A DNA stretch of 58,231 nt from assembly GCA_020854215.1 (NCBI GenBank), contig JADZFY010000286.1, forward strand, positions 1-58,231. Reading direction: 5' to 3'. Under the pieces are notes generated by a model that searched no databases, had not been told where the DNA came from, and saw only the letters and a list, made by a program, of their open reading frames with translations. Below, one piece after another: positions 1 through 10,072 of the stretch (positions are counted from its first letter, which is position 1; each line of letters opens with the position of its first letter). Origin of the DNA: Chitinophagaceae bacterium (GTDB lineage: Bacteria > Bacteroidota > Bacteroidia > Chitinophagales > Chitinophagaceae). The position numbers and the translations under genes were made by a program.

Positions 1-78
1 ATCGAGTAGGAAGGTAGCCATTAGTTGACTACCTGTCCTCTCACACCACCGTACGTACCGTTCGGTATACGGCGGTTC
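1..78 (-). ncRNA. Group II intron catalytic domain V and domain VI
   Basis: Reverse complement GAACCGCCGTATACCGAACGGTACGTACGGTGGTGTGAGAGGACAGGTAGTCAACTAATGGCTACCTTCCTACTCGAT: short IIC-type DV with CGC triad, DVI hairpin and AY terminus. Confidence 0.9.
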
Positions 79-79
79 C

Positions 80-1484
80 TTAATTTAGTTTTCGGGCATT
101 CAGATAGCAGTCTGCCAGAAAAACATAGCCCGTAGCTTGCAGCCGTGCATTGGTTACAGATGTATTGAGGATATGGCTTTTGGCTATACGCCAATAGCTT
201 TTCCTGGTGTTTGCAAACTCCCATGCCTTTTGTTTATTAATACCAAGTTTCATGAGGTTGACAAAGCGGGTACTGATGCGTTTCCATTGTTTCCACAGTA
301 CCATTCTTAGTCTTCTGCGATACCATTCATCTGTTTGCAGTAGCAGCTTTTTCATATCGGCTAATCTGAAGTAATTCACCCAGCCGGTTATATACTGTCT
401 GAGTGTTTCCTTTCTTCTTGCATTGCCCCAGCCGTTGCTTCTGGAGGTTAACTCCTTGATTTTGGATTTCATCTTCGCTGCGCTTTTAGTGTGCAGGCGC
501 AGGCGCCATGCTCCTTTTGTTTTGTAAAAGGAGTATCCAAGAAATTTAACCTTTGTAATGTAAGCCACCGTACTCTTTTCCCGGTTCACTTTAAGAAACA
601 GTCTGTTTTCGATGTACCCAAGCAGGTTTGTCATACTGCGCTTCGCACTCCTTTCGCTTTTTACACAAGATGAGCATATCATCTGCATAGCGAACAAAGC
701 GGTGACCACGTCTGGCAAGTTCCTTATCCAGTTCATTAAGCATGATATTGCTTAACAGCGGACTTAAAGGACCTCCCTGTGGTACGCCGACAGTTGTTTG
801 TTCAAACTTATTGGCCACTACTACCCCGGCTTGAAGGTATTTGTGAATGAGAGAGATTACTCTGCCATCCTTGATTGTTCTTGATAACACTTCTATCAAT
901 TTGCTTTGATTTACCGTGTCGAAAAACTTTTCCAAATCCATATCTACAGCATATATGTATCCTTCAGTAATATACTGTTGGCATTGCTGTAGTGCCTGAT
1001 GGGCATTGCGCCCCGGTCTGAACCCGTAACTGTTTGATGAAAACTGCTTCTCGTAGATGGGACTTAGTACTTGCGTAATGGCTTGCTGTATCACCCTGTC
1101 TACAACGGTAGGAATGCCGAGCTGTCTTTTCTTTCCATTGTCTTTGGGTATTTCTACCCGACGAACCGCATTGGGGCGGTATTTGCCCTTCAGTATGGAT
1201 TCTATTAACCTATCCTTTTCTTTGATGAGATAATCCTTTAGGGATTCAACTTCCATCTCATCTACTCCACCCGCACCTTTATTCTGCTTTACCCTTTTAT
1301 AGGCCGCATTTAAGTTGGATGGTGATAGGATGTGTTCCAGTAATCCATACCCTGTTTGCACGATACTCGTAAGGTTGTTTTCAGTTATCCACATGAAAGT
1401 CTGCCCTCCTGCATAGCCTTCGGGTTCCGCCCTATTGTTTTGCAGGCAGGTATCTTGCGATTTTTTCTGCTTTCTACCTTTCAT
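80..1484 (-). pseudogene. ltrA: Group II intron reverse transcriptase/maturase (no endonuclease domain), split by a +1 frameshift
   Basis: ORF 591-1484 has RT motifs (GIPTVVDR, SYGFRPGR, DLEKFFD, GVPQGGPLSPLLSNI, YADD). ORF 80-736 continues with KFLGYSF and maturase X (GWVNYF). Removing one A from the A5 run at 658-662 gives ...YADDMLILCKSERSAKR..., a single ORF of ~467 aa. Confidence 0.9.
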
Positions 1485-1900
1485 CCGGTAACATTCACTG
1501 ACTACTTACTTCTTAAGGTTCAGCCCTTCCAGCTTCCGTCGTTTTGCTGTACTATGGCCTCGGCTGACTTCTCACAGTAAATCTTGTTTCAACCATGCTT
1601 CTGACTTTTGTTTCCGCATGTCTGTGAGATCTCCCACGGTAAGACGATAAACTTTCTTTCCATCTACCCGCAACATCTACGCTTCTATGTCCGTATAGTC
1701 TTTGGACTTCGCTTTGTTTGGCAAGCTCATCCCATAGATTGCGCCTCATGTTGTTCGTGTTCCTCGGGCCGGAAATTTGCCGCCAGCTTCCTTCGGATTC
1801 CACTTCGCAGTGGACACCCTTGCTCTTGACTAATGGTTGGTGACTATCAACCCCCATGACAGACTTGCACCGTCGAGTTCATCGCCATGCGTGGCGCACC

Positions 1901-1935
1901 AAAAAAAATCCATCCCGGAGAACCGGAACGGATTT
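1901..1935 (-). terminator. Rho-independent terminator of nrdJ; intron insertion site
   Basis: Minus strand AAATCCGTTCCGG-TTCT-CCGGGATGGATTT followed by a T-tract: 13-bp stem with two G-U pairs, 38 nt after the nrdJ stop. Confidence 0.85.
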
Positions 1936-1973
1936 GTGTAGGTTTATATTCCTAACCGTCCTAAATGATATGT

Positions 1974-4900
1974 TTAGCTGCAACCCATACTGTTGCCACA
2001 GTTCAAACACTTGTAGCAGGTACCGCTGCGCACCGTAATATGTCCGCAGGTATTGCAGGCAGGGGCATCGCTCTGCATACTTTTCAGATGTTCGCTCATC
2101 ACACTTGAATTCGCTGTCGTTTTTTGAGCTTTGGAGGGTTGTACGGCAGGTCCGCTGTTGGAGGAACTTCCCACCACCCTTAAATCACTCAGTAGCGGTG
2201 GCTTAGCATACTCCAATCCGGTAGGCACGTCATCCCAGTCGTCATTGCCCGCGTTGCCGATTTCGGGCTTGTCAAGCACATGCACCAAATCCGTTCTTCC
2301 CAGGTATTCATAAGCGAGGCAGCGAAATACAAAGTCAACGATAGAGGTGGTTGATTTGATATTGGGGTGATCAACCATCCCGGCAGGTTCAAATTTGGTG
2401 AATACAAACTTTTCTACAAATTCCTCCAGCGGAACGCCATATTGAAGGCCCACCGAAACCGAGATAGCAAAACAGTTCATCAAACTACGTAAGGTTGACC
2501 CCTCTTTAGCCAGATCAATGAATATCTCACCCAGGGTACCGTCTCCATATTCACCAGTACGCAGAAAGAGCGCCTGTCCGTTAATTTTTGCCTTTTGTGT
2601 GAAGCCGCGCCGTTTAGCCGGGAGCGTCTTTCTTTCCACGATTCGCGAAAGTTGCCTTTTCAATTTCGTGTCGGTGGATTCCTGCATGCGTTTGTGCAGT
2701 TCTTCCAGCAACTCATCCACGGTAAGCTTGCCCATATCTATCAACTGGCTTTCCTGCCCTTCCGCTGCTGATGTACTGCTGTCTTTCGCTTTTTTCGTGT
2801 CACTCTTATTGCTAAGAGGTTGGCTTAGCTTAGACCCATCGCGGTAAAGAGCACAGGCTTTCAGCCCCAGTTCCCAGCTCAGCATATAGGCATCCGCTAT
2901 TTCTTCCACTTTAGCCTCATGTGGCAGGTTAATGGTTTTTGAAATCGCCCCGCTAATAAAGGGTTGTGCAGCAGCCATCATACGAATATGCCCGTGAGCA
3001 TGAATATAACGCTCCCCTTTTTTGCCGCACTTATTAGCACAATCAAATACAGCGTAGTGTTCTTTTTTAAGATAAGGAGCGCCTTCTACGGTCATGGTTC
3101 CGCATATATAATCATTGGCTGCTTCTATCTCCTGAGCGGTAAATCCTAACGCTTCGAGCAGGTTAAAACTCCAATCGTTATATTGTTCCGGAGTAAACCC
3201 GAGCCTTTCCAGGCAGGCCTCTCCTAATGTAAACCGATTAAAAACAAATCCGATTTCAAATGCGGAGGCAAGAGCGGCATCAAGCTTTTTTATTTCTTCG
3301 GTAATAAACCCTTTTTCACTCAACGTTTGCGGATTAACAAACGGTGCTCCTGCGAACGCTGCAGAACCTACGGCATATTTAATGATCGCATCAATTTCTT
3401 TCTGACGATATCCAAGATTCTTCAAAGCCTGTGGAACAGACTGGTTAATGATCTTGAAATAGCCTCCACCACTCAGCTTCTTAAACTTCACGAGGGCGAA
3501 ATCAGGTTCTACTCCGGTAGTATCACAATCCATCACTAATCCTATAGTTCCGGTTGGTGCAATTACGGTAGTTTGTGCATTTCGATAACCGTATTTTTCA
3601 CCCATTTCCACTGCTTCGTCCCATGCTGTACAGGCAGCTTTCAATAAGTAATCAGGACAATACTTTGCGTGAATACCCTGGGGTTTAATACTCAGCTTTT
3701 CATATTCATCTGCATCATACGCTGCCAGGCGGTGATTTCGCATTACCCGCAACATATCTTCCCTGTTTTCCTCAAAGCGGGCAAATGCTCCGAGGCGTTG
3801 CGCCAGTTCAGCGGAGGTTTTGTAGGCAATCCCGGTCATGATGGCCGTAATAGCACCAGCTACGGCACGGGCTTCATTACTATCGTATGGGATACCACTC
3901 ACCATAAGCATAGACCCGAGGTTAGCATATCCCAATCCCAGCGTTCTGTAATCATAAGAGAGTTGTGCCACTTCTTTAGATGGGAATTGTGCCATCAACA
4001 CAGAAATTTCCAGCACGGTAGTCCACAGGCGTACGGTATTTTCGAAACCTTTAACGTCGAAAGTATTCGTTTCTTCATCAAAAAATTTCCGAAGGTTAAC
4101 GGAAGCAAGGTTGCAGGCGGTATTGTCCAAAAACATATACTCACTGCAAGGGTTGGAGGCCCGGATACGTCCACCTTTGGGGCTGGTATGCCATTCATTG
4201 ATGGTGGTGTCGTATTGGGTACCCGGGTCCGCACAACGCCAAGCCGCATACGCAATTTGGTTCCACACTTCTTTAGAAGGGATTTTTTTCATCACTCTTC
4301 CGTCGGAACGCGCCTTTAATTCCCAATCCTCGTTATTTTTCAGTTTTTCAAAGAAATCATTTGATATTCGAATCGAGTTATTAGAGTTTTGACCGCTCAC
4401 GGTTTTATAGGCTTCTCCCTCATAATCTGAAGCATAGCCTGCAGCAATTAACGCGGCCACTTTGTTCTCTTCTTCAACTTTCCAGTTGATGAATTCCATT
4501 ATTTCCGGATGGTCAAGGTCTAAACATACCATCTTTGCGGCCCGGCGCGTAGTTCCTCCGCTTTTAATTGCACCCGCGGCCCGATCACCAATTTTTAAGA
4601 AACTCATTAACCCCGATGATGTTCCTCCACCACTTAACTTCTCTCCTTCTCCACGTATATTGGAGTAATTGGTACCCACTCCACTGCCGTATTTAAAAAT
4701 ACGAGCTTCCCGCACCCACAAATCCATGATACCTCCGTCGTTTACCAGATCATCTTCCACGCTTAAAATAAAACAGGCATGGGGCTGCGGACGTTCATAC
4801 GCCGAAGTAGATTGTTTCAATTTATTGTCTGTGGGGTCCACGTAATAATGTCCCTGTGGCTTTCCTTTGATGCCATAGCTTTCATACAAGCCGGTGTTAA

Positions 4901-5312
4901 ACCATTGTGGGCTATTAGGTACACAGGCCTGGTTCAAAATGCTATATACCAGTTCCTCATAAAATACCTGTGCATCTTCAGCAGTAGCAAAATATTGATG
5001 GCGTTCACCCCACACTTTCCAGCAATTGGCCATACGGTGAGCCACCTGTTTGGCAGAAGTTTCACGCCCTAATGATCCATCCGGTTGCGGCACACCAGCT
5101 TTTCTAAAATACTTTTGTGCCAATATATCTGTAGCAATCTGGCTCCATTGTTTAGGAACCTCCACATTTTTCATTTCAAATACAATCTCTCCGTTGGGGT
5201 TGCGAATTACGGAGCTGCGGTAATCGTATTCAAACAGATCAAAAACATTTACCCCTTCTTTGGTAAACAGGCGATTATATCTTAATCCTCCATTTTGTTT
5301 TTCATTCATCAT
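1974..5312 (-). CDS. nrdJ: Class II (adenosylcobalamin-dependent) ribonucleotide reductase
   Basis: [18 protein letters not shown] thiyl-radical motif, [15 protein letters not shown]-terminal TSCPD-like region and CxxC...CxxC. ATG at 5312 preferred over TTG at 5321. Confidence 0.95.
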   Translation of the reverse strand: MMNEKQNGGLRYNRLFTKEGVNVFDLFEYDYRSSVIRNPNGEIVFEMKNVEVPKQWSQIATDILAQKYFRKAGVPQPDGSLGRETSAKQVAHRMANCWKVWGERHQYFATAEDAQVFYEELVYSILNQACVPNSPQWFNTGLYESYGIKGKPQGHYYVDPTDNKLKQSTSAYERPQPHACFILSVEDDLVNDGGIMDLWVREARIFKYGSGVGTNYSNIRGEGEKLSGGGTSSGLMSFLKIGDRAAGAIKSGGTTRRAAKMVCLDLDHPEIMEFINWKVEEENKVAALIAAGYASDYEGEAYKTVSGQNSNNSIRISNDFFEKLKNNEDWELKARSDGRVMKKIPSKEVWNQIAYAAWRCADPGTQYDTTINEWHTSPKGGRIRASNPCSEYMFLDNTACNLASVNLRKFFDEETNTFDVKGFENTVRLWTTVLEISVLMAQFPSKEVAQLSYDYRTLGLGYANLGSMLMVSGIPYDSNEARAVAGAITAIMTGIAYKTSAELAQRLGAFARFEENREDMLRVMRNHRLAAYDADEYEKLSIKPQGIHAKYCPDYLLKAACTAWDEAVEMGEKYGYRNAQTTVIAPTGTIGLVMDCDTTGVEPDFALVKFKKLSGGGYFKIINQSVPQALKNLGYRQKEIDAIIKYAVGSAAFAGAPFVNPQTLSEKGFITEEIKKLDAALASAFEIGFVFNRFTLGEACLERLGFTPEQYNDWSFNLLEALGFTAQEIEAANDYICGTMTVEGAPYLKKEHYAVFDCANKCGKKGERYIHAHGHIRMMAAAQPFISGAISKTINLPHEAKVEEIADAYMLSWELGLKACALYRDGSKLSQPLSNKSDTKKAKDSSTSAAEGQESQLIDMGKLTVDELLEELHKRMQESTDTKLKRQLSRIVERKTLPAKRRGFTQKAKINGQALFLRTGEYGDGTLGEIFIDLAKEGSTLRSLMNCFAISVSVGLQYGVPLEEFVEKFVFTKFEPAGMVDHPNIKSTTSIVDFVFRCLAYEYLGRTDLVHVLDKPEIGNAGNDDWDDVPTGLEYAKPPLLSDLRVVGSSSNSGPAVQPSKAQKTTANSSVMSEHLKSMQSDAPACNTCGHITVRSGTCYKCLNCGNSMGCS

Positions 5313-5407
5313 AGTTGCCAAATTTTATATCCAGGGTTGGATTTACTTAAGTTACGATTATCAAATGATAAGAGGACGAAAATATCAGGGTTAATCCTAT
5401 TGTCAAA

Positions 5408-5480
5408 CTGTTAAATATTAACAGCCTGTGGAAAAACAAACGTTTTCTGCTGCCGTGTTTGTTTTGATTGTTTTTTCACA
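5408..5480. promoter_or_regulatory. Inverted repeat plus two DnaA-box-like 9-mers upstream of nrdJ
   Basis: CTGTTAA-ATA-TTAACAG (5408-5424). TGTGGAAAA (5427-5435, reverse complement TTTTCCACA) and TTTTTCACA (5472-5480) both fit TTWTNCACA. Confidence 0.35.
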
Positions 5481-5807
5481 TCTGATGTATAAAAAAATTT
5501 GGCACTCCCGTTAAAGTTTCTTAATTGTAAGGCAGGAGGATAAGCACATGGATGAAAGACAGACCGGGCAAGTGAATGCAGGAATGCCGCTTTTCGTTTT
5601 TACGTGATTTTGAGCAGAACATTTTTAAAAAGAACTTTAAATAAAAGCTATTGCTGTCATTACAGAAACTCCCCCCGGAATGCAAGTCATTTTCGATATA
5701 AAACGTACTTTCACGCTATTGCACCTTACATTTACGATCTACCATTTTTCGTTTTTAAATCCGGCTAACCCAAAAACTTTTTGCATTTTTGCATTTAAGG
5801 CCTTAGC

Positions 5808-6563
5808 ATGACTGATCGCATTTATCAAACCATAGTAAGTAAAAAAACGGCAGGCAAGAAATCATTTGCAGTGCTGATTGATCCCGACAAAGTGGATGAA
5901 GGGAAAATCAATCAACTATTGGAACTAACCGATAAAGCAAAAGTAGATTATCTGCTGGTGGGTGGAAGCCTGGTGGTGAGCAATCATTTAGACACAGTAG
6001 TAAAACAAATCAAAAAGCATAGCAATACGCCGATAATTCTTTTCCCCGGCACTCCGTCACAAGTGAGCCGCTACGCAGACGGGCTGCTTTATCTTTCATT
6101 GATTTCGGGAAGAAATCCGGAACTGCTGATTGGACAGCATGTGATTTCTGCCCCCTTTGTAAAACAAAGCGGACTGGAAATCATTTCCACCGGATATATG
6201 GTGATAGATGGCGGGGCGCCAACAACGGTTTCCTATATCAGTAATGCCAGCCCCATACCGGGTAACAAAAGCGAAATTGCAATTTGCACAGCCATGGCCG
6301 GTGAAATGCTCGGAATGAAACTTATTTATATGGACGCCGGCAGCGGGGCAGAAAGACCGATCTCCGAAGCAATGATTAAAGGCGTGGCAGATGCTATTGA
6401 TGTTCCGCTGGTGGTTGGCGGTGGTATTTGCGATCCGGAGAAAGCCTACCGGAATTGTAAGGCAGGTGCAGACGTGATTGTTGTGGGCAACGCTATCGAA
6501 AAAGACTCCTCCCTCATTATGGAAATAAGTAACGCCGTACATAGTGTTCCGGTTCGTTTGTAA
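5808..6563 (+). CDS. Geranylgeranylglyceryl/heptaprenylglyceryl phosphate synthase (PcrB-like, group II)
   Basis: LIDPDK, LVGGS, LFPG, SLISGRNPELLIGQHV, YMDAGSGA, VGGGI motifs of the GGGPS TIM barrel. Confidence 0.9.
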   Translation: MTDRIYQTIVSKKTAGKKSFAVLIDPDKVDEGKINQLLELTDKAKVDYLLVGGSLVVSNHLDTVVKQIKKHSNTPIILFPGTPSQVSRYADGLLYLSLISGRNPELLIGQHVISAPFVKQSGLEIISTGYMVIDGGAPTTVSYISNASPIPGNKSEIAICTAMAGEMLGMKLIYMDAGSGAERPISEAMIKGVADAIDVPLVVGGGICDPEKAYRNCKAGADVIVVGNAIEKDSSLIMEISNAVHSVPVRL

Positions 6564-6675
6564 GATTTAACGCCTAATTTCAAAATTTCACATAAAAAAC
6601 GGCCCTGCAAGTGAAAAAAGTATTTTCTTTGCATCGTCAAAATTTACCTAAAGCACAGTTTACTACATTACTACA

Positions 6676-6807
6676 ATGCGTAAAAATCTCACCACAGTAA
6701 CCGCTGATGCGTCTGTTCCCACAGACACTATATTGCGTGGGGTTTTTCCTGTTCTGCCAGGAACAGTTTTTTTCTGTCCCCCAACCCCCTTCCGGGTACG
6801 ACGTTGA
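6676..6807 (+). CDS. Putative leader peptide of the arginine operon (43 aa, ends FRVRR)
   Basis: Hand translation: MRKNLTTVTADASVPTDTILRGVFPVLPGTVFFCPPTPFRVRR*. The last codons are CGG GTA CGA CGT TGA; A at -3; ends 108 nt upstream of the first arg-operon gene. Confidence 0.5.
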   Translation: MRKNLTTVTADASVPTDTILRGVFPVLPGTVFFCPPTPFRVRR

Positions 6808-6915
6808 TACTCCTTACCATAGCACCCCTGGTTATGGAAATCTACCGTTCAGCAAAGCTGACACCGGCAGGGAGGCAGTCATTCTTTTCTATTACCTGAT
6901 ATTAAGGAAGCAAAA

Positions 6916-7635
6916 ATGAAAACGCAGGAACAATTTCAGATATTAATCGCTAATGAAGCACACCTCGATTTTGCACAGATAATTTGTGATGAGATGGCTT
7001 CTTCGGCCAAAGCACGCGGTACGGGGATTGCCAAACGAACTCCCGAATACATTCAAAAAAAAATGCGGGAAGGCAAAGCAGTTATCGCGTTTGACAATCA
7101 GGGCATCTGGGCTGGATTCTGTTACATCGAAACCTGGAGCCATGGTGAATATGTAGCCAATTCGGGACTTATAGTGGCGCCTGCTTTCAGAAAAAGCGGT
7201 TTAGCCCGTGCAATCAAGAAAAAGATATTTGATCTGAGCCGCAAACTTTATCCTGCGGCCAAGATATTCGGGCTCACAACAGGGCTGGCGGTAATGAAAA
7301 TCAATTCCGAGCTGGGATACGAGCCGGTAACCTATTCCGAACTCACTCAGGATGAAGATTTTTGGGCAGGCTGTAAAAGCTGTGTAAACTATGATATTCT
7401 CATGAGTAAAGGCCGTAAAAACTGTCTTTGCACAGCAATGCTCTACAACCCTAAAGATCATCCTGAACCAGCAGCCACACAGGAGGATTTTAGACAACAT
7501 TCAAAGCTATATGAACGCTTCATGCGTATAAAAAAATGGAAGTTGTTACAGCCCTTTCTGAAAAAAGAAGAACCCGGCAACGGCACAAAGTCCAAATCCG
7601 GAAAGTCTCTACTTCATTTTATTTTTAATTTTTAG
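6916..7635 (+). CDS. GNAT-family N-acyltransferase, probable Bacteroidota N-acetyl/N-succinylglutamate synthase
   Basis: ARGTGIAKR, FCYIETW, ANSGLIV...FRKSGLA acyl-CoA motif, FWAGCKSC. First gene of the arg cluster. Confidence 0.75.
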   Translation: MKTQEQFQILIANEAHLDFAQIICDEMASSAKARGTGIAKRTPEYIQKKMREGKAVIAFDNQGIWAGFCYIETWSHGEYVANSGLIVAPAFRKSGLARAIKKKIFDLSRKLYPAAKIFGLTTGLAVMKINSELGYEPVTYSELTQDEDFWAGCKSCVNYDILMSKGRKNCLCTAMLYNPKDHPEPAATQEDFRQHSKLYERFMRIKKWKLLQPFLKKEEPGNGTKSKSGKSLLHFIFNF

Positions 7636-7665
7636 CCGGTTTCGGTTATCATAAATGAACAACGC

Positions 7666-8856
7666 ATGAAAAAAATTGTATTAGGTTTTAGCGGCGGATT
7701 AGATACCACGTATTGTGTAAAGTACCTAAGCGAAGAAAAAGGATATGAGGTACATTCTGTTATTGTAAACACCGGTGGATTTACGAATGAAGAACTGAAA
7801 AAAATTGAGGAGCATGCCTATACACTCGGTGTAAAGTCGCATACTACAGTAAATGCAACACAATCCTATTATAACAGCATTATCAAATACCTGGTATTTG
7901 GCAACGTATTAAAGAACAATACGTATCCATTAAGCGTTAGCGCCGAAAGGCTCAGTCAGGCCCTGCATATTGCAGCGCACGTAAAAAAGTTGAAAGCAGA
8001 CGCGGTAGCCCACGGGAGTACAGGCGCCGGTAACGACCAGGTGAGGTTTGATATGATCTTTCATATCATGATACCCGGTGTGGAAATTATAACCCCTATA
8101 CGTGACCTGAAGTTAAGCAGGGAGGCAGAAATAGCCTATTTAAAGAGCAAAGGGGTGAACATGAATTTTGAAAAAGCAGTATATTCTATTAACAAAGGGC
8201 TATGGGGTACGAGCGTTGGCGGAAAAGAAACCCTGTCGTCTAAAGGAATATTACCTGAAGAAGCCTGGCCAACACAGGTTACCCAAACAGAAGGAAGAGA
8301 AGTTAAATTAGGGTTTACCCGGGGCGAACTAACAGCGGTGAATGATAAAAGTTTCGCTCACCCGGTTGAAGCAATTCAGCATTTACAGCAGATTGCAGGA
8401 CCATATGGTGTAGGCAGGGATATTCACGTTGGCGACACAATTATTGGTATTAAAGGGCGCGTGGGTTTTGAAGCTGCCGCACCCATGGTTATTTTGAAAG
8501 CACACCATGCCCTCGAAAAACATGTACTCACTAAATGGCAGTTAAACTGGAAAGATCAACTGGCACAGTTTTATGGCAATTGGCTACATGAAGGACAGAT
8601 TCTGGATCCTGTAATGCGCGATATTGAGTCGTTCCTTGAAAACTCGCAAAAGAATGTAAGCGGTTCCGTATTTGTACAACTATTGCCCTACCGTTTCCAG
8701 ATCATCGGCATTGAATCGCCGTTCGATTTAATGAACAGCAGGTTCGGAAAGTACGGAGAAATGAACACCGGGTTTACCGGGGAAGATGTACGGGGATTTA
8801 GTAAAATATTCGGAAACCAGGTGGCAATCCACCATTTAGTAAACACACAGGAATAA
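7666..8856 (+). CDS. argG: Argininosuccinate synthase
   Basis: GFSGGLDT, AHGSTGAGNDQVRF, IGIKGRVGFEA. Confidence 0.95.
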   Translation: MKKIVLGFSGGLDTTYCVKYLSEEKGYEVHSVIVNTGGFTNEELKKIEEHAYTLGVKSHTTVNATQSYYNSIIKYLVFGNVLKNNTYPLSVSAERLSQALHIAAHVKKLKADAVAHGSTGAGNDQVRFDMIFHIMIPGVEIITPIRDLKLSREAEIAYLKSKGVNMNFEKAVYSINKGLWGTSVGGKETLSSKGILPEEAWPTQVTQTEGREVKLGFTRGELTAVNDKSFAHPVEAIQHLQQIAGPYGVGRDIHVGDTIIGIKGRVGFEAAAPMVILKAHHALEKHVLTKWQLNWKDQLAQFYGNWLHEGQILDPVMRDIESFLENSQKNVSGSVFVQLLPYRFQIIGIESPFDLMNSRFGKYGEMNTGFTGEDVRGFSKIFGNQVAIHHLVNTQE

Positions 8857-8911
8857 GGCAACGGTTGCCATAATTTATGGTAATACCTTTAGCCTTTTAT
8901 CACGATCAACG

Positions 8912-9910
8912 ATGAAAATAAAAGCAGGAATAATAGGTGGCGCCGGATATACCGGCGGAGAACTGATCAGGTTATTGCTTAATCACCCACAGGTGGATTT
9001 TTCTTTTATTCACAGTCGCAGCAATGCAGGCAAACCTTTGCACGCAGTTCATCAGGACCTGATTGGTGAAACCGAACTTACGTTCAGTGAATCACTTACA
9101 CCTGTGCAGGACGGCTCGCTGGACGTTTTGTTTCTCTGCTTAGGTCATGGCGGTTCAAGACAGTTTCTTGCTGAGCATACGGTAGCGGATTATACCCGTA
9201 TCATAGATCTGGCCAACGATTTCCGGCTCTCCGCTTTATCTGCCCACGCCAACCGTCAGTTTGTTTACGGACTTCCGGAAATCAATAAATCTACTATTCA
9301 ATCTGCACATGATGTAGCCAACCCCGGATGTTTTGCTACCGCTATCCAATTGGGCTTACTTCCATTGGCCAGTGCAGGGCTGCTGGAGGAGGTTTATACT
9401 ACCGGAATTACCGGCAGCACAGGGGCAGGACAAAGCCTCTCGTCCACCTCTCATTTCAGTTGGCGCGCCAATAATATCCAGGCTTATAAAACACTTACCC
9501 ATCAACACCTTGGTGAAATTGCCCAATCGCTCATGCAGGTATCTCCTCCTGGTGCACCTGCAAAACAGGAACTCAGTTTTGTTCCCTGGAGAGGAGATTT
9601 TACACGGGGCATCTTCGTGAGCTCAACGCTTCACTGCGAGCGGCCCCATCAGGAACTTACCACATTGTATAAGTCTTTTTATAAGGAACATCCATTTACG
9701 GTTGTTAGCGATACCCCCATTTTTTTAAAGCAGGTGGTTAATACCAATAAATGTATTATCCAGTTAGAAAAAGTGGGTACCAAATTGGTAGTGCATTCCA
9801 TAACCGACAATTTATTAAAAGGCGCCTGCGGGCAGGCTGTTCAAAATATGAACCTGATGTTTGGATTAAAAGAAACGGCAGGGCTGCGGCTAAAAGCAGG
9901 ATACTTCTGA
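8912..9910 (+). CDS. argC: N-acetyl-gamma-glutamyl-phosphate reductase
   Basis: GGAGYTGGEL, YGLPE, ANPGCFAT, GSTGAG, DNLLKGACGQAVQNMN. Confidence 0.95.
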   Translation: MKIKAGIIGGAGYTGGELIRLLLNHPQVDFSFIHSRSNAGKPLHAVHQDLIGETELTFSESLTPVQDGSLDVLFLCLGHGGSRQFLAEHTVADYTRIIDLANDFRLSALSAHANRQFVYGLPEINKSTIQSAHDVANPGCFATAIQLGLLPLASAGLLEEVYTTGITGSTGAGQSLSSTSHFSWRANNIQAYKTLTHQHLGEIAQSLMQVSPPGAPAKQELSFVPWRGDFTRGIFVSSTLHCERPHQELTTLYKSFYKEHPFTVVSDTPIFLKQVVNTNKCIIQLEKVGTKLVVHSITDNLLKGACGQAVQNMNLMFGLKETAGLRLKAGYF

Positions 9911-10072
9911 GAACGGACGGCACATGGACTAAAACAGAAGTAAACAAAATGAAAACCGTATTCACGAAATGGTCATTACTTATAGTTAAATTTTTAGCAA
10001 CAATGTCTGCGACCTCCATAAACCCTGTGATTTGAAGCCGCTAACCTTCACCACTAAAAACATATTATACAC

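Larger units (their letters stand above)
1..1899 (-). mobile_element. Group II intron, bacterial class C (IIC), full length
   Basis: Minus strand starts GTGCGCCACGCATGGCG at 1899 with IIC-type domain I motifs (GCAAGGGTGTCC, GGAATCCGAAGGAAGC, GAGGAACACGAAC). It ends with DV GAACCGCCGTATACCGAACGGTACGTACGGTGGTG and DVI ...CCTACTCGAT at position 1. Encodes an RT-maturase and lies directly after an intrinsic terminator. Confidence 0.95.

Noticed and set aside
80-1484. RT as a retron, DGR or defence RT
   Set aside because: Flanked by a canonical group II intron 5' end and DV/DVI and followed by a maturase domain; no template/variable repeat pair or msr-msd seen.
1974-5312. Intein or intron inside nrdJ
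   Set aside because: Continuous ORF with no recognisable intein splice or LAGLIDADG motifs; the intron lies outside, after the terminator.
5322-5807. Cobalamin riboswitch or NrdR box upstream of nrdJ
   Set aside because: No B12-box or NrdR consensus recognisable by eye; an Rfam scan would be needed to exclude it fully.
6707-6919. 70-aa ORF overlapping the GNAT start
   Set aside because: No recognisable features and it overlaps the better-supported Arg-ending leader ORF. The ATGA overlap is noted but insufficient.
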